NCBI GenBank assembly: GCA_965243025.1 | Contig: CBDETY010000003.1 | Location: 160,001-224,000, forward strand | Direction: 5' to 3' | DNA: 64,000 nucleotides | From: Candidatus Latescibacterota bacterium | GTDB lineage: Bacteria > Latescibacterota > UBA2968 > UBA8231 | Shown here: piece by piece, positions 40,169-48,391 of the stretch | How the letters are laid out: every line of letters begins with the position of its first letter | How positions within the stretch are numbered: position 1 is the stretch's first letter | Program-made: the position numbers and the translations under genes | The notes under the pieces: model-generated | What the model was told of the DNA's origin: nothing | What the model saw: only the letters and a program-made list of their open reading frames with translations | Database searches by the model: none

Positions 40169-41368
40169 ATGCCGAAAAGAACGATTGACGACATCGATGT
40201 AGCCGGCAGGCGCGTCCTTGTGCGTGTCGATTTCAATGTGCCGATAGACGCCGACCGGAACATTACCGACGACACCCGCGTCAAGGCGGCGCTTCCCACC
40301 CTCTGGCATCTTCTGGAGAAGGGGGCTTCGCTCGTGTTGATGTCCCATCTCGGCCGCCCGAGGGGACAGCACCGGCCCGACCTCACGCTCGCACCAGTCG
40401 CCAGCCTGTTGCATCAGCTTCTGGGGACCTCGGTCCATCTCGCCCCGGACTGCATCGGGGAAGAAACCCGGCGCATGGTTGCCGATCTCAAGCCGGGGCA
40501 GGTGATCCTGCTCGAGAACCTGCGCTTTCACCCCGAAGAAGAGGAGAACGACCCCGATTTCGCGCGACAGCTGGGCGCCCTCGGCGATCTCTACGTCAAC
40601 GACGCATTCGGCGCCGCCCACCGCGCCCACGCTTCCACGGAGGGGGTAACTCACTACTTCGACGAGGCGGTCAGCGGCTACCTGATGAAAAAGGAGCTGC
40701 AGTACCTCCAGGACGCGATTGCCGATCCCCAGAGGCCCTTTGTCGCCATCCTGGGGGGTGCGAAGGTGTCGGACAAGATCGAGGTGGTCCGCAACCTGAT
40801 GTCCAAGGTGGACAGCCTGCTCATCGGCGGCGGCATGTCGTACACCTTTCTCAAAGCACAGGGCCTGGAGATCGGCGGTTCCCTCTTCGATCCGGAGTCC
40901 GTGTCCACCGCAGGTGAACTGTTGAGCCGGGCGCAAAACAGCGGCGTCGAGTTGCTCCTCCCTGTCGACCTCGTCGTCGCCTCCCGCATCGCCGCCGGCG
41001 CCGATACCGGGATAGTCGCCGCCGACGCCATACCCGAAGACCTGCAGGGCCTGGATGTCGGACCCGAAACGAGCGCGCTTTTCGAAGACCGGGCCGGAAA
41101 GGCGGGGACCGTCGTCTGGAACGGGCCCCTGGGTGTTTTCGAGGTGGAGCCCTTCGCGAAGGCCACGCTCTCGATGGCCCGCTGCCTGGAACGGGCCGGC
41201 TGGGAATCGGGTGCGGTGACCATCATCGGGGGAGGGGATACTGCCGCCGCCGTGGCGCGGGCAGGGGTCGCCGACCGCATGACCCACGTTTCAACCGGGG
41301 GAGGCGCTTCGCTCGAATGCCTCGCCGGTCTCGAACTTCCCGGCGCGGCGGCTCTTTCAGACGCCTAG
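40169..41368 (+). CDS. pgk: Phosphoglycerate kinase
   Basis: RVDFNVP, SHLGRP, LENLRF, NDAFGAAHR, GGAKVSDK, STGGGASL. Confidence 0.97.
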   Translation: MPKRTIDDIDVAGRRVLVRVDFNVPIDADRNITDDTRVKAALPTLWHLLEKGASLVLMSHLGRPRGQHRPDLTLAPVASLLHQLLGTSVHLAPDCIGEETRRMVADLKPGQVILLENLRFHPEEEENDPDFARQLGALGDLYVNDAFGAAHRAHASTEGVTHYFDEAVSGYLMKKELQYLQDAIADPQRPFVAILGGAKVSDKIEVVRNLMSKVDSLLIGGGMSYTFLKAQGLEIGGSLFDPESVSTAGELLSRAQNSGVELLLPVDLVVASRIAAGADTGIVAADAIPEDLQGLDVGPETSALFEDRAGKAGTVVWNGPLGVFEVEPFAKATLSMARCLERAGWESGAVTIIGGGDTAAAVARAGVADRMTHVSTGGGASLECLAGLELPGAAALSDA

Positions 41369-41406
41369 CGGCCTGCATTTTTGAATGCAGCGGTCCGATC
41401 CCACCC

Positions 41407-42168
41407 ATGAAGCGCCGTCCCCTGGTTGCCGGAAACTGGAAGATGCACAACACCGGTCCGGATGCCGCTGCCCTGGCAGCGGATCTGCGCCGGCGCATCG
41501 AGGCGTTCTGCGACTATCGCGACGTTGTTGTCTGCCCTCCGTCCACCTCTTTGACGGAGGTCCGGGAGGCCTTGAAAGAGAGCGCGATCTCTCTCGGAGC
41601 ACAGAACATGCACTGGGAAGAAGCCGGGGCTTTTACCGGCGAGGTCTCGGCTCCCATGTTGTTGACCAGTGGTTGCACTCACGTTATAATTGGTCACTCT
41701 GAAAGACGGCAGTTGTTCGGCGATACCGACGCGGCCGTCAATCGGAAACTGGGGGCGGCGTTGCACTTCGGCCTCACTCCTCTCGTATGCATCGGTGAAA
41801 CGCTGGCCGAGCGAGAGGCCGGCCGCACCGAGGCAGTGGTTCTCGGGCAGTTGCAGGCGGCCCTGAAAGAGATTCCCTCCGACGACATCCCGCGAAGCGT
41901 TATCGCCTACGAGCCGGTCTGGGCCATCGGCACCGGAAAAACGGCCACCCCCGGGCAGGCGGACGACGTTCACCGAATGATCAGAGATTCAATTCGCCAG
42001 AACCGGGGCGAACGCGTGGCAGAGCGAGTCCGCATTCTGTACGGCGGTAGCGTCAAACCCGACAACGCCGGGGATCTCTTCGCCCGCGAAAACATCGATG
42101 GCGGCCTCGTTGGCGGAGCCTCCCTTGAAGCGGGGAGTTTTGCCGGGATAGTCCTCGCCGCGGAGTGA
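41407..42168 (+). CDS. tpiA: Triosephosphate isomerase
   Basis: [27 protein letters not shown]. Confidence 0.97.
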   Translation: MKRRPLVAGNWKMHNTGPDAAALAADLRRRIEAFCDYRDVVVCPPSTSLTEVREALKESAISLGAQNMHWEEAGAFTGEVSAPMLLTSGCTHVIIGHSERRQLFGDTDAAVNRKLGAALHFGLTPLVCIGETLAEREAGRTEAVVLGQLQAALKEIPSDDIPRSVIAYEPVWAIGTGKTATPGQADDVHRMIRDSIRQNRGERVAERVRILYGGSVKPDNAGDLFARENIDGGLVGGASLEAGSFAGIVLAAE

Positions 42169-42172
42169 CCTC

Positions 42173-42571
42173 ATGATTGTCCTGCTTACGATTCTTCACG
42201 TTCTGATCGCCATCCTCCTCATCGTTGCCGTGCTTATGCAATCCGGCAAGGGCGGCGGCCTTGCGGCCTCCGTGGGAGGAGGGTTGAGTTCCTCCTCGGT
42301 CCTCGGCGGCCGCACCGCGGCGACCTTTCTGACGAAAACCACCAGCGCCCTAGCCACCGCATTCCTGGTCAGCTGCCTCGTGCAGTCGTTCATGTGGAGA
42401 ACCTCCGACGAACAGCCGATGACGGCTACCGAAAGAATGCTGCAAGAAGGAGGAATGCCGCAGAGTCAGCTTCCGGATTTCCAGGAAACTGTCGGCGAGG
42501 GTGTGGAGAATCCGTCCGTGCTCGGCGGCGGAACCGGGGCCGCGGCGGGGAGCGAAGGCTCGGAGGAGTAG
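42173..42571 (+). CDS. secG: Preprotein translocase subunit SecG
   Basis: VLMQSGKGGGLA, FLTKTT; conserved tpiA-secG-tRNA-Leu order. Confidence 0.93.
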   Translation: MIVLLTILHVLIAILLIVAVLMQSGKGGGLAASVGGGLSSSSVLGGRTAATFLTKTTSALATAFLVSCLVQSFMWRTSDEQPMTATERMLQEGGMPQSQLPDFQETVGEGVENPSVLGGGTGAAAGSEGSEE

Positions 42572-42597
42572 ACGATCTCCGGGGATTTCGGAATCGT

Positions 42598-42682
42598 GCG
42601 GAAGTGGTGGAACTGGTAGACACGCTGTCTTGAGGGGGCAGTGCCTTCGGGCGTCGGGGTTCGAATCCCCGCTTCCGCACCA
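42598..42682 (+). tRNA. tRNA-Leu (GAG)
   Basis: GCGGAAGTGGTGGAACTGGTAGACACGCTGTCTTGAGGGGGCAG...GGTTCGAATCCCCGCTTCCGCACCA with long variable arm. Confidence 0.96.
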
Positions 42683-42705
42683 TTAAATCCAGCCCATACG
42701 AGAAA

Positions 42706-45027
42706 GTGAGCGACATGGCAACGAATCCACGGTATCCCGACTACACCAGCGGCGGCAAGTACAAGGTCATCGGCACCCGTCCGGTCCGCCATGACGGCCA
42801 CGACAAGGTGACCGGCCGCGCGGTCTACGGGGCAGACGTAAGGCTTCCCGATACCCTCTACGGCAAGGTGCTGCGCAGTCCCCACGCACACGCCCGCATC
42901 CTTTCCATCGACACGAGCAAAGCCCTCGAGGTCGATGGGGTACGGGCGGTCGCCACCGCCGACGACCTCGTCGAGACGGTCGACAAGCTGTCCGACATCG
43001 GCGAAACCCTCGTCAACATCCGCGAGATCGCCCAGAACAGCCTCGCTTCGGACAAGGTTCTGTACAAGGGCCACGCGGTGGCCGCGGTCGCGGCGACGAG
43101 CCCGCACATCGCCGAAGAGGCGCTGGCCCTGATCGACGTCGAGTACGAGCCCCTGCCGGCCGTCGTCGACGTGCGCGAAGCGATGGAAGAGGGGGCCCCG
43201 CTGCTCGACGAAAACCGCACCACCCAGTCGATGGGGGAGGATTCGGGCAGGAAGAGCAACGTCGCCAGCTACAACCAGCACAAGATGGGCGACCTCGAGA
43301 AAGGCTTTGCCGAGGCCGATGTCGTCGTCGAGAGGGAGTTTCACACCGCAACCGTTCACCAGGGTTACATCGAGCCCCACAACACGACCGTCTTCTGGAA
43401 AGAGGACGGCACGGTCACCGTCTGGGTGAGCACCCAGGGGCCGTTCCAGATCCGCGCCCAGCTTGCGGAAGTGCTGCAGCTGCCGATCTCGAAAGTCAAG
43501 GTGATCCCCTGCGAAATCGGCGGCGGGTTCGGCGGCAAATTCCCGATCTACATGGAACCGGCCGCCGCCGTGATGTCGCACAAGACCGGCCACCCGGTGA
43601 AGATGCTGATGAGCCGGAGCGAGGTGTTCGAGGCGACCGGTCCGGCCCCCGGGTCGTTCCAGCGGATCAGGATGGGGGCGACCAATGACGGCCGCCTCGT
43701 CGCCGCCGACTGCTACATGGTGTACGAGGCCGGCGCTTATCCCGGCTCTGCCGTCGGCGCCGGGGCCCAGTGCATTCTCGCCCCGTACAACATTCCCAAC
43801 GTCACCATCGACGCCTACGACGTCGTCGTCAACAAGCCGAAATCGAGCGCCTACCGCGCCCCGGGAGCTCCGAACGCCGCCTTCGCGTCCGAGACCGTGA
43901 TCGACGAGCTCGCCGAAAGGATCGGAATGGACCCGTTGGAGCTGCGGCGCCGGAACTCCGCCCGCGAGGGCACCCGCAGGGCCGACGGCACGGTCTACGG
44001 AGAGATCGGCTGCGAGGAAACGGTCGCCTCCATCGTCGACTCCGACCACTACCGGAGCCCGGTACCGAGCGGTCCAAACCAGGGCCGCGGAGTCGCCTCC
44101 GGTTTCTGGTTCAACGGCGGCGGGCAGTCGGCGGCGACCATCGTCGTGGCAACGGACGGCACCGTGACCCTGCAGGAAGGCTCGGCCGACATCGGCGGCA
44201 CGCGCGCCGCCATGGCGATGATCGTGGCCGAGACTCTCTGTCTCTCCGCCGACCAGGTGAACCCGATGGTGGTCGACACCGATTCGATCGGCTACACCGA
44301 CGGCACCGGCGGAAGCCGCGTCTGTTACGCGACCGGCCACGCCTGCTATCTCGCCGCCGAAGACGTCAAGGAGAAGATGCGGGTGCGCGCCGCCCTGCAG
44401 CTGGAGGTCGAGGAGGGGGACGTCGAGTTCGACAACGGCCGGTTCGTCTGCAAGTCCGATTCGGGCAAGGGGTTGACTTTCAACGAAGTCGCCGCGGAGC
44501 AGGGTTCGACCGGCGGTCCGATCGAGGGCACCGGGGCGATCAACGCTTCCGGTCCCGGAAATGCCTTCGCGACGCACGCCGTCGATGTCGAGGTCGACAC
44601 GGAGACCGGCAAGGTCCGCATCCTCCGCTACACCGCCGCCCAGGACGTCGGCAAGGCCATTCACCCTTCCTACGTGGAGGGGCAGATCCAGGGCGGCGTC
44701 GTCCAGGGGATCGGCTGGGCCCTTACCGAGGGGTATTTCTACGGCGATGACTGCACCATGGCGAACCCGACCTTCCTCGACTACCGCATGCCGACCACCC
44801 TCGACCTGCCGATGGTGGACTGCATACTGGTGGAGGTGAACAACCCGGCCAGCCCGCACGGGATCCGCGGCGTCGGGGAGGTTCCCCTGGTTCCTCCGAT
44901 GGCGGCGATCGCCAACGCCATCTACGATGCCGTCGGCGTCCGCCTCCGCGAGCTGCCGATGAGCCCGGACCGGGTCGTGGCGGCCCTGCAGCGGCACTCC
45001 GAGCAGTACCAGGAGGCCGCCGGCTGA
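42706..45027 (+). CDS. Xanthine dehydrogenase/CoxL family molybdopterin-binding subunit
   Basis: KVTGRAVY, LRSPHAHA, HQGYIEPH, GGGFGGK, AYRAPG, GQIQGG..QGIG, GVGE. Confidence 0.92.
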   Translation: MSDMATNPRYPDYTSGGKYKVIGTRPVRHDGHDKVTGRAVYGADVRLPDTLYGKVLRSPHAHARILSIDTSKALEVDGVRAVATADDLVETVDKLSDIGETLVNIREIAQNSLASDKVLYKGHAVAAVAATSPHIAEEALALIDVEYEPLPAVVDVREAMEEGAPLLDENRTTQSMGEDSGRKSNVASYNQHKMGDLEKGFAEADVVVEREFHTATVHQGYIEPHNTTVFWKEDGTVTVWVSTQGPFQIRAQLAEVLQLPISKVKVIPCEIGGGFGGKFPIYMEPAAAVMSHKTGHPVKMLMSRSEVFEATGPAPGSFQRIRMGATNDGRLVAADCYMVYEAGAYPGSAVGAGAQCILAPYNIPNVTIDAYDVVVNKPKSSAYRAPGAPNAAFASETVIDELAERIGMDPLELRRRNSAREGTRRADGTVYGEIGCEETVASIVDSDHYRSPVPSGPNQGRGVASGFWFNGGGQSAATIVVATDGTVTLQEGSADIGGTRAAMAMIVAETLCLSADQVNPMVVDTDSIGYTDGTGGSRVCYATGHACYLAAEDVKEKMRVRAALQLEVEEGDVEFDNGRFVCKSDSGKGLTFNEVAAEQGSTGGPIEGTGAINASGPGNAFATHAVDVEVDTETGKVRILRYTAAQDVGKAIHPSYVEGQIQGGVVQGIGWALTEGYFYGDDCTMANPTFLDYRMPTTLDLPMVDCILVEVNNPASPHGIRGVGEVPLVPPMAAIANAIYDAVGVRLRELPMSPDRVVAALQRHSEQYQEAAG

Positions 45028-45102
45028 GGGCGCGGAGCAGACAGCCTGTCCCGCCGGGGCCCCGGGAGTTCCTTCCCGGGGCCCGTTTCGTTAGGAACTC
45101 CC

Positions 45103-45951
45103 ATGTCCCGACAGATCGATCCGCGGGAATTCGTCGATACCCTGCTGCCTGTGGTGCGCCAGTGCGCCGAAGCGTCGCTGATTTTCTACGGCCGGGTCGC
45201 CGACCTGGGAAAGGCGGCCGACACCAGCCTCACCGGGTCGAAGGCGCAGGAGGCGTCGAGCGTGCTCACCGCCCTCGACGGCGCCCTGCAGGAGATCATC
45301 CTGGCGGTGGTGTTGCAACGCTATCCGGAGATTCGCTGCATCGCCGAAGAGGACACCGCCCTGAAGCGGCGCTTCCGGGGAAATCGCAGCGAATACGCGG
45401 TCATTCTCGATCCGATCGACGGCACCTGGCACTTCCAGCGCGGCGACGCACCCTACCACCTGTCAGTCGGGTTGTGCAGGAAGGGACTGATGCAGGCCGC
45501 CATAGTCGCCCGTCCGGATGAGGGCAAGATATTCACGGCGATACGCGGCCGCGGAGCCTGGGTGCAGACCGGAAACCGCCGGTCTCGCCGCCTGCGGCTG
45601 CCCTCGACTCCCAGGACCAATGCGGCCTTCGTCTCGTCCAAGGCGCGGCCTTACCGGGCGCTGCTCCGCCCCCGACTCGAACCCCGCGAGCACCCGATCG
45701 GCGCCGCCCTCGTGCTCACCCTGCTGGCCGAGGGGGAGCTGTGCGCCTATCTCACGCGGCAGGTCGAGGTGTACGACGTAGGCCCCCCCTCCCTGATAGC
45801 CGAGGAGGCCGGAGCGCTCTGCTTCCTCAGGGGGGGCAGGGCGCCGGCTTACATGAGGCGGGCCAAATTTCCCCTGTTCATGGCCGCGGCCAACGAAGGA
45901 ATACAACAGTTCCTGCAGGACGCCGTGCGCGCGGCGGGGAGGATGCCGTGA
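45103..45951 (+). CDS. Inositol monophosphatase/FIG superfamily phosphatase
   Basis: AEED, LDPIDGT, YDV...LIAEEAG. Confidence 0.8.
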   Translation: MSRQIDPREFVDTLLPVVRQCAEASLIFYGRVADLGKAADTSLTGSKAQEASSVLTALDGALQEIILAVVLQRYPEIRCIAEEDTALKRRFRGNRSEYAVILDPIDGTWHFQRGDAPYHLSVGLCRKGLMQAAIVARPDEGKIFTAIRGRGAWVQTGNRRSRRLRLPSTPRTNAAFVSSKARPYRALLRPRLEPREHPIGAALVLTLLAEGELCAYLTRQVEVYDVGPPSLIAEEAGALCFLRGGRAPAYMRRAKFPLFMAAANEGIQQFLQDAVRAAGRMP

Positions 45952-46859
45952 CCGCGAAACGGTTCGGCGGCGTCCTGCCGGTCGTCAGCATGCCCTACAA
46001 TGCCGACCTGTCGATCGACTATGTCACACTGCAAAGGGAGGTCGACCACATCTTCGCTCTCGGCGCGGACGGTCTCTGCCTCGCACTGGTTTCCGACCTG
46101 CTGCGGCTCACCGGGGAGGAGCGTCTTCGGCTGCCTGCGGAACTGGTGAAGTTCGCCGCGGGAAGGGGTCCGGTCGTCGTCAACGTCGGCGCCGAGAGCA
46201 CCGGCCAGGCGGTCCTCTTCGCCCGCGCCGCCGAACGGGGAGGAGCGGCGGCAACGATGGCCCTGCCGCCGGTTTCCCGCGTTCTGCCCCAGGAGGAGCT
46301 GCGCTCCTACTTCGAGGCGATTCTCGACGCCGTCGAGCTTCCGATGTTCGTCCAGGACGCCAGTTCCTACGTCGGCAGTCCGATGAGCGTGCAGTTCCAG
46401 GTGGACCTGTTTCACCAGTACGGAGACCGCATCCTCTTCAAGCCCGAGGCGACTCCCCTCGGGCCGGCGATTTCCGCGTTGCGCGAGAGCACTGCCGGCC
46501 GCGCCGGCATCTTCGAGGGGAGCGGCGGGGTTCTTCTGATCGACTCGCATCGCCGCGGCGTGACCGGGACGATTCCTGGAGTGGAAATGCTCTCGGGGCT
46601 GGTGGCGCTCTGGCAGGCACTGGAGGCGGGGGAGGAGGAGAGGATCTACGACCTCTGGTTTCCCGTCTGCGCGCTGGCAACCCTGCAGCTCCAGGGCGGT
46701 CTCGACGGGTTCATCACCGCCGGACGCCACATGCTCCACAGGCAGGGTCTGTTCCCCGGCCAGCATCACAGGGGTCCTCTCTCGTTCGAGCCGGACGAGG
46801 TCGCCAGGGCCGAGCTCGACCGCCTGTACGACCTGCTGCAGCAGGTCCTCGACCAGTGA
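45948..46859 (+). CDS. DHDPS/NAL family class I aldolase or dehydratase
   Basis: GVLPVVSMPY, LTGEER, VQDA, Schiff-base Lys in FKPE. Confidence 0.8.
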   Translation: MTAKRFGGVLPVVSMPYNADLSIDYVTLQREVDHIFALGADGLCLALVSDLLRLTGEERLRLPAELVKFAAGRGPVVVNVGAESTGQAVLFARAAERGGAAATMALPPVSRVLPQEELRSYFEAILDAVELPMFVQDASSYVGSPMSVQFQVDLFHQYGDRILFKPEATPLGPAISALRESTAGRAGIFEGSGGVLLIDSHRRGVTGTIPGVEMLSGLVALWQALEAGEEERIYDLWFPVCALATLQLQGGLDGFITAGRHMLHRQGLFPGQHHRGPLSFEPDEVARAELDRLYDLLQQVLDQ

Positions 46860-46894
46860 GGGCTGGCGGCGGCACCGGGAGGCCGCGCGGCGCC

Positions 46895-48058
46895 ATGAAG
46901 GAGTCGCGGCGCATGGCCGAGGTCCTCAGTCCGGTCATTCCCGACGTCGCGGCGCTGATCCGCGACAACCCCGGCACCATCTCGCTCGGACAGGGGGTCG
47001 TCCACTATCCGCCGCCGCCGCAGGCGCTGGAAGCGGTTTCCCGTTTCGGCGGCGAAATCGAGGAACACCACTACCAGGCCGCGTCGGGGATTCCGCAGCT
47101 GCGCGAGAAGCTGCTCGCCAAGCTCCATTGCGAAAACGGGATCGCCGTGGGCGACGGACAGGCCCTCGTGGTCACCGCGGGCAGCAACATGGCCTTCTAC
47201 CATGCCCTGCTGGCGGTCTGCGACCCGGGGGACGAGGTGGTGATCGCCGCGCCCTTCTACTTCAACCACGAGATGGCGATAGCCATGGCGAACTGCCGGC
47301 CGGTGCTGGCGCCGACAGGGCCGGACTACCAGCTCGACCCCGCCGTCGTCGAGGCCTGCCTGTCGGCGCGCACGCGCGCCGTCGTAACCATCTCTCCCAA
47401 CAACCCGGCGGGAGTCGTCTATCCGCGCGAGGTCCTGCAAAGGGTCAACGAGCTGTGCCGGCGGCAGGGGCTTTACCATTTCAGCGACGAGGCCTACGAG
47501 TACTTCACCTACGATGGGGCAGAGCACTTTTCGGTGGGTTCATTGCCCGATAACGAGGCGCACACGATCTCCCTGTTCTCGTTCTCGAAGTCGTACAGCC
47601 TGGCCAGCTGGCGGGTCGGTTACATGGTGACTCCCCGGCACCTGCTGCGGGCCCTCGAGAAAAGCCAGGACACGATCCTGATCTGCCCCCCGGTCGTTTC
47701 CCAGATCGCCGCTGCGGGGGCCCTCGATGCCGGGCACGAGTACTGCCGCCGCCGCGTCGGGAAGCTCTCGCAGGTTCGGCGGCTCTGCCTGGAAAGGCTC
47801 GGAGAGGTTGAGGACGTGTGCACGGTGCCGGAGTCGAACGGCGCTTTCTACCTGTTGGTCCGCCTGCATTGCGACCTCGACTCGATGCAGGTTGTCGAAC
47901 GTCTGGTGAGGGAATTCAAGGTCGCCGCCATTCCGGGATCCGGCTTCGGGATGACCGATGCCTGCTACCTCCGCGTCGCCTACGGAGCCCTTCAGCCCGG
48001 TACGGTGGCGGAAGGGATGGACCGCCTTGTGAGAGGTCTGCGAGATCTGATCGCGTAG
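46895..48058 (+). CDS. Class I/II PLP-dependent aminotransferase
   Basis: SLGQG, SPNNPAG, SDEAY, SFSKSYSLASWRVGY. Confidence 0.92.
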   Translation: MKESRRMAEVLSPVIPDVAALIRDNPGTISLGQGVVHYPPPPQALEAVSRFGGEIEEHHYQAASGIPQLREKLLAKLHCENGIAVGDGQALVVTAGSNMAFYHALLAVCDPGDEVVIAAPFYFNHEMAIAMANCRPVLAPTGPDYQLDPAVVEACLSARTRAVVTISPNNPAGVVYPREVLQRVNELCRRQGLYHFSDEAYEYFTYDGAEHFSVGSLPDNEAHTISLFSFSKSYSLASWRVGYMVTPRHLLRALEKSQDTILICPPVVSQIAAAGALDAGHEYCRRRVGKLSQVRRLCLERLGEVEDVCTVPESNGAFYLLVRLHCDLDSMQVVERLVREFKVAAIPGSGFGMTDACYLRVAYGALQPGTVAEGMDRLVRGLRDLIA

Positions 48059-48391
48059 GGCGCGGCGCAGGAGGACCGTCCTCGTCGCTGCCTCGCCTGG
48101 CCGATTTTCAGGATTCACGGGGCTCCGTCCAAAGGGTTCGTCCGCGTGTGAAAGAGAGGCTCCGGGGTGGAGCCGGGGTTTCTTGACACTCGCGTTCTCC
48201 AATTTATCTTTGCCGGCACGAGAGCGACCTGAATTCACGAAAGACTGCCCCTGCGGAAGTTTTCCACTTCCTCCGAACGTGGAACTTCGACAAAGTCAAT
48301 TCCGGCATTCTGGTGAGTTGGTCGCTCTTTTTTGTGACCGCTCGAGATCTCCAGCCCGTTGAAAAAGCTGCTCTGCAGGCGAGGCCGAGTC

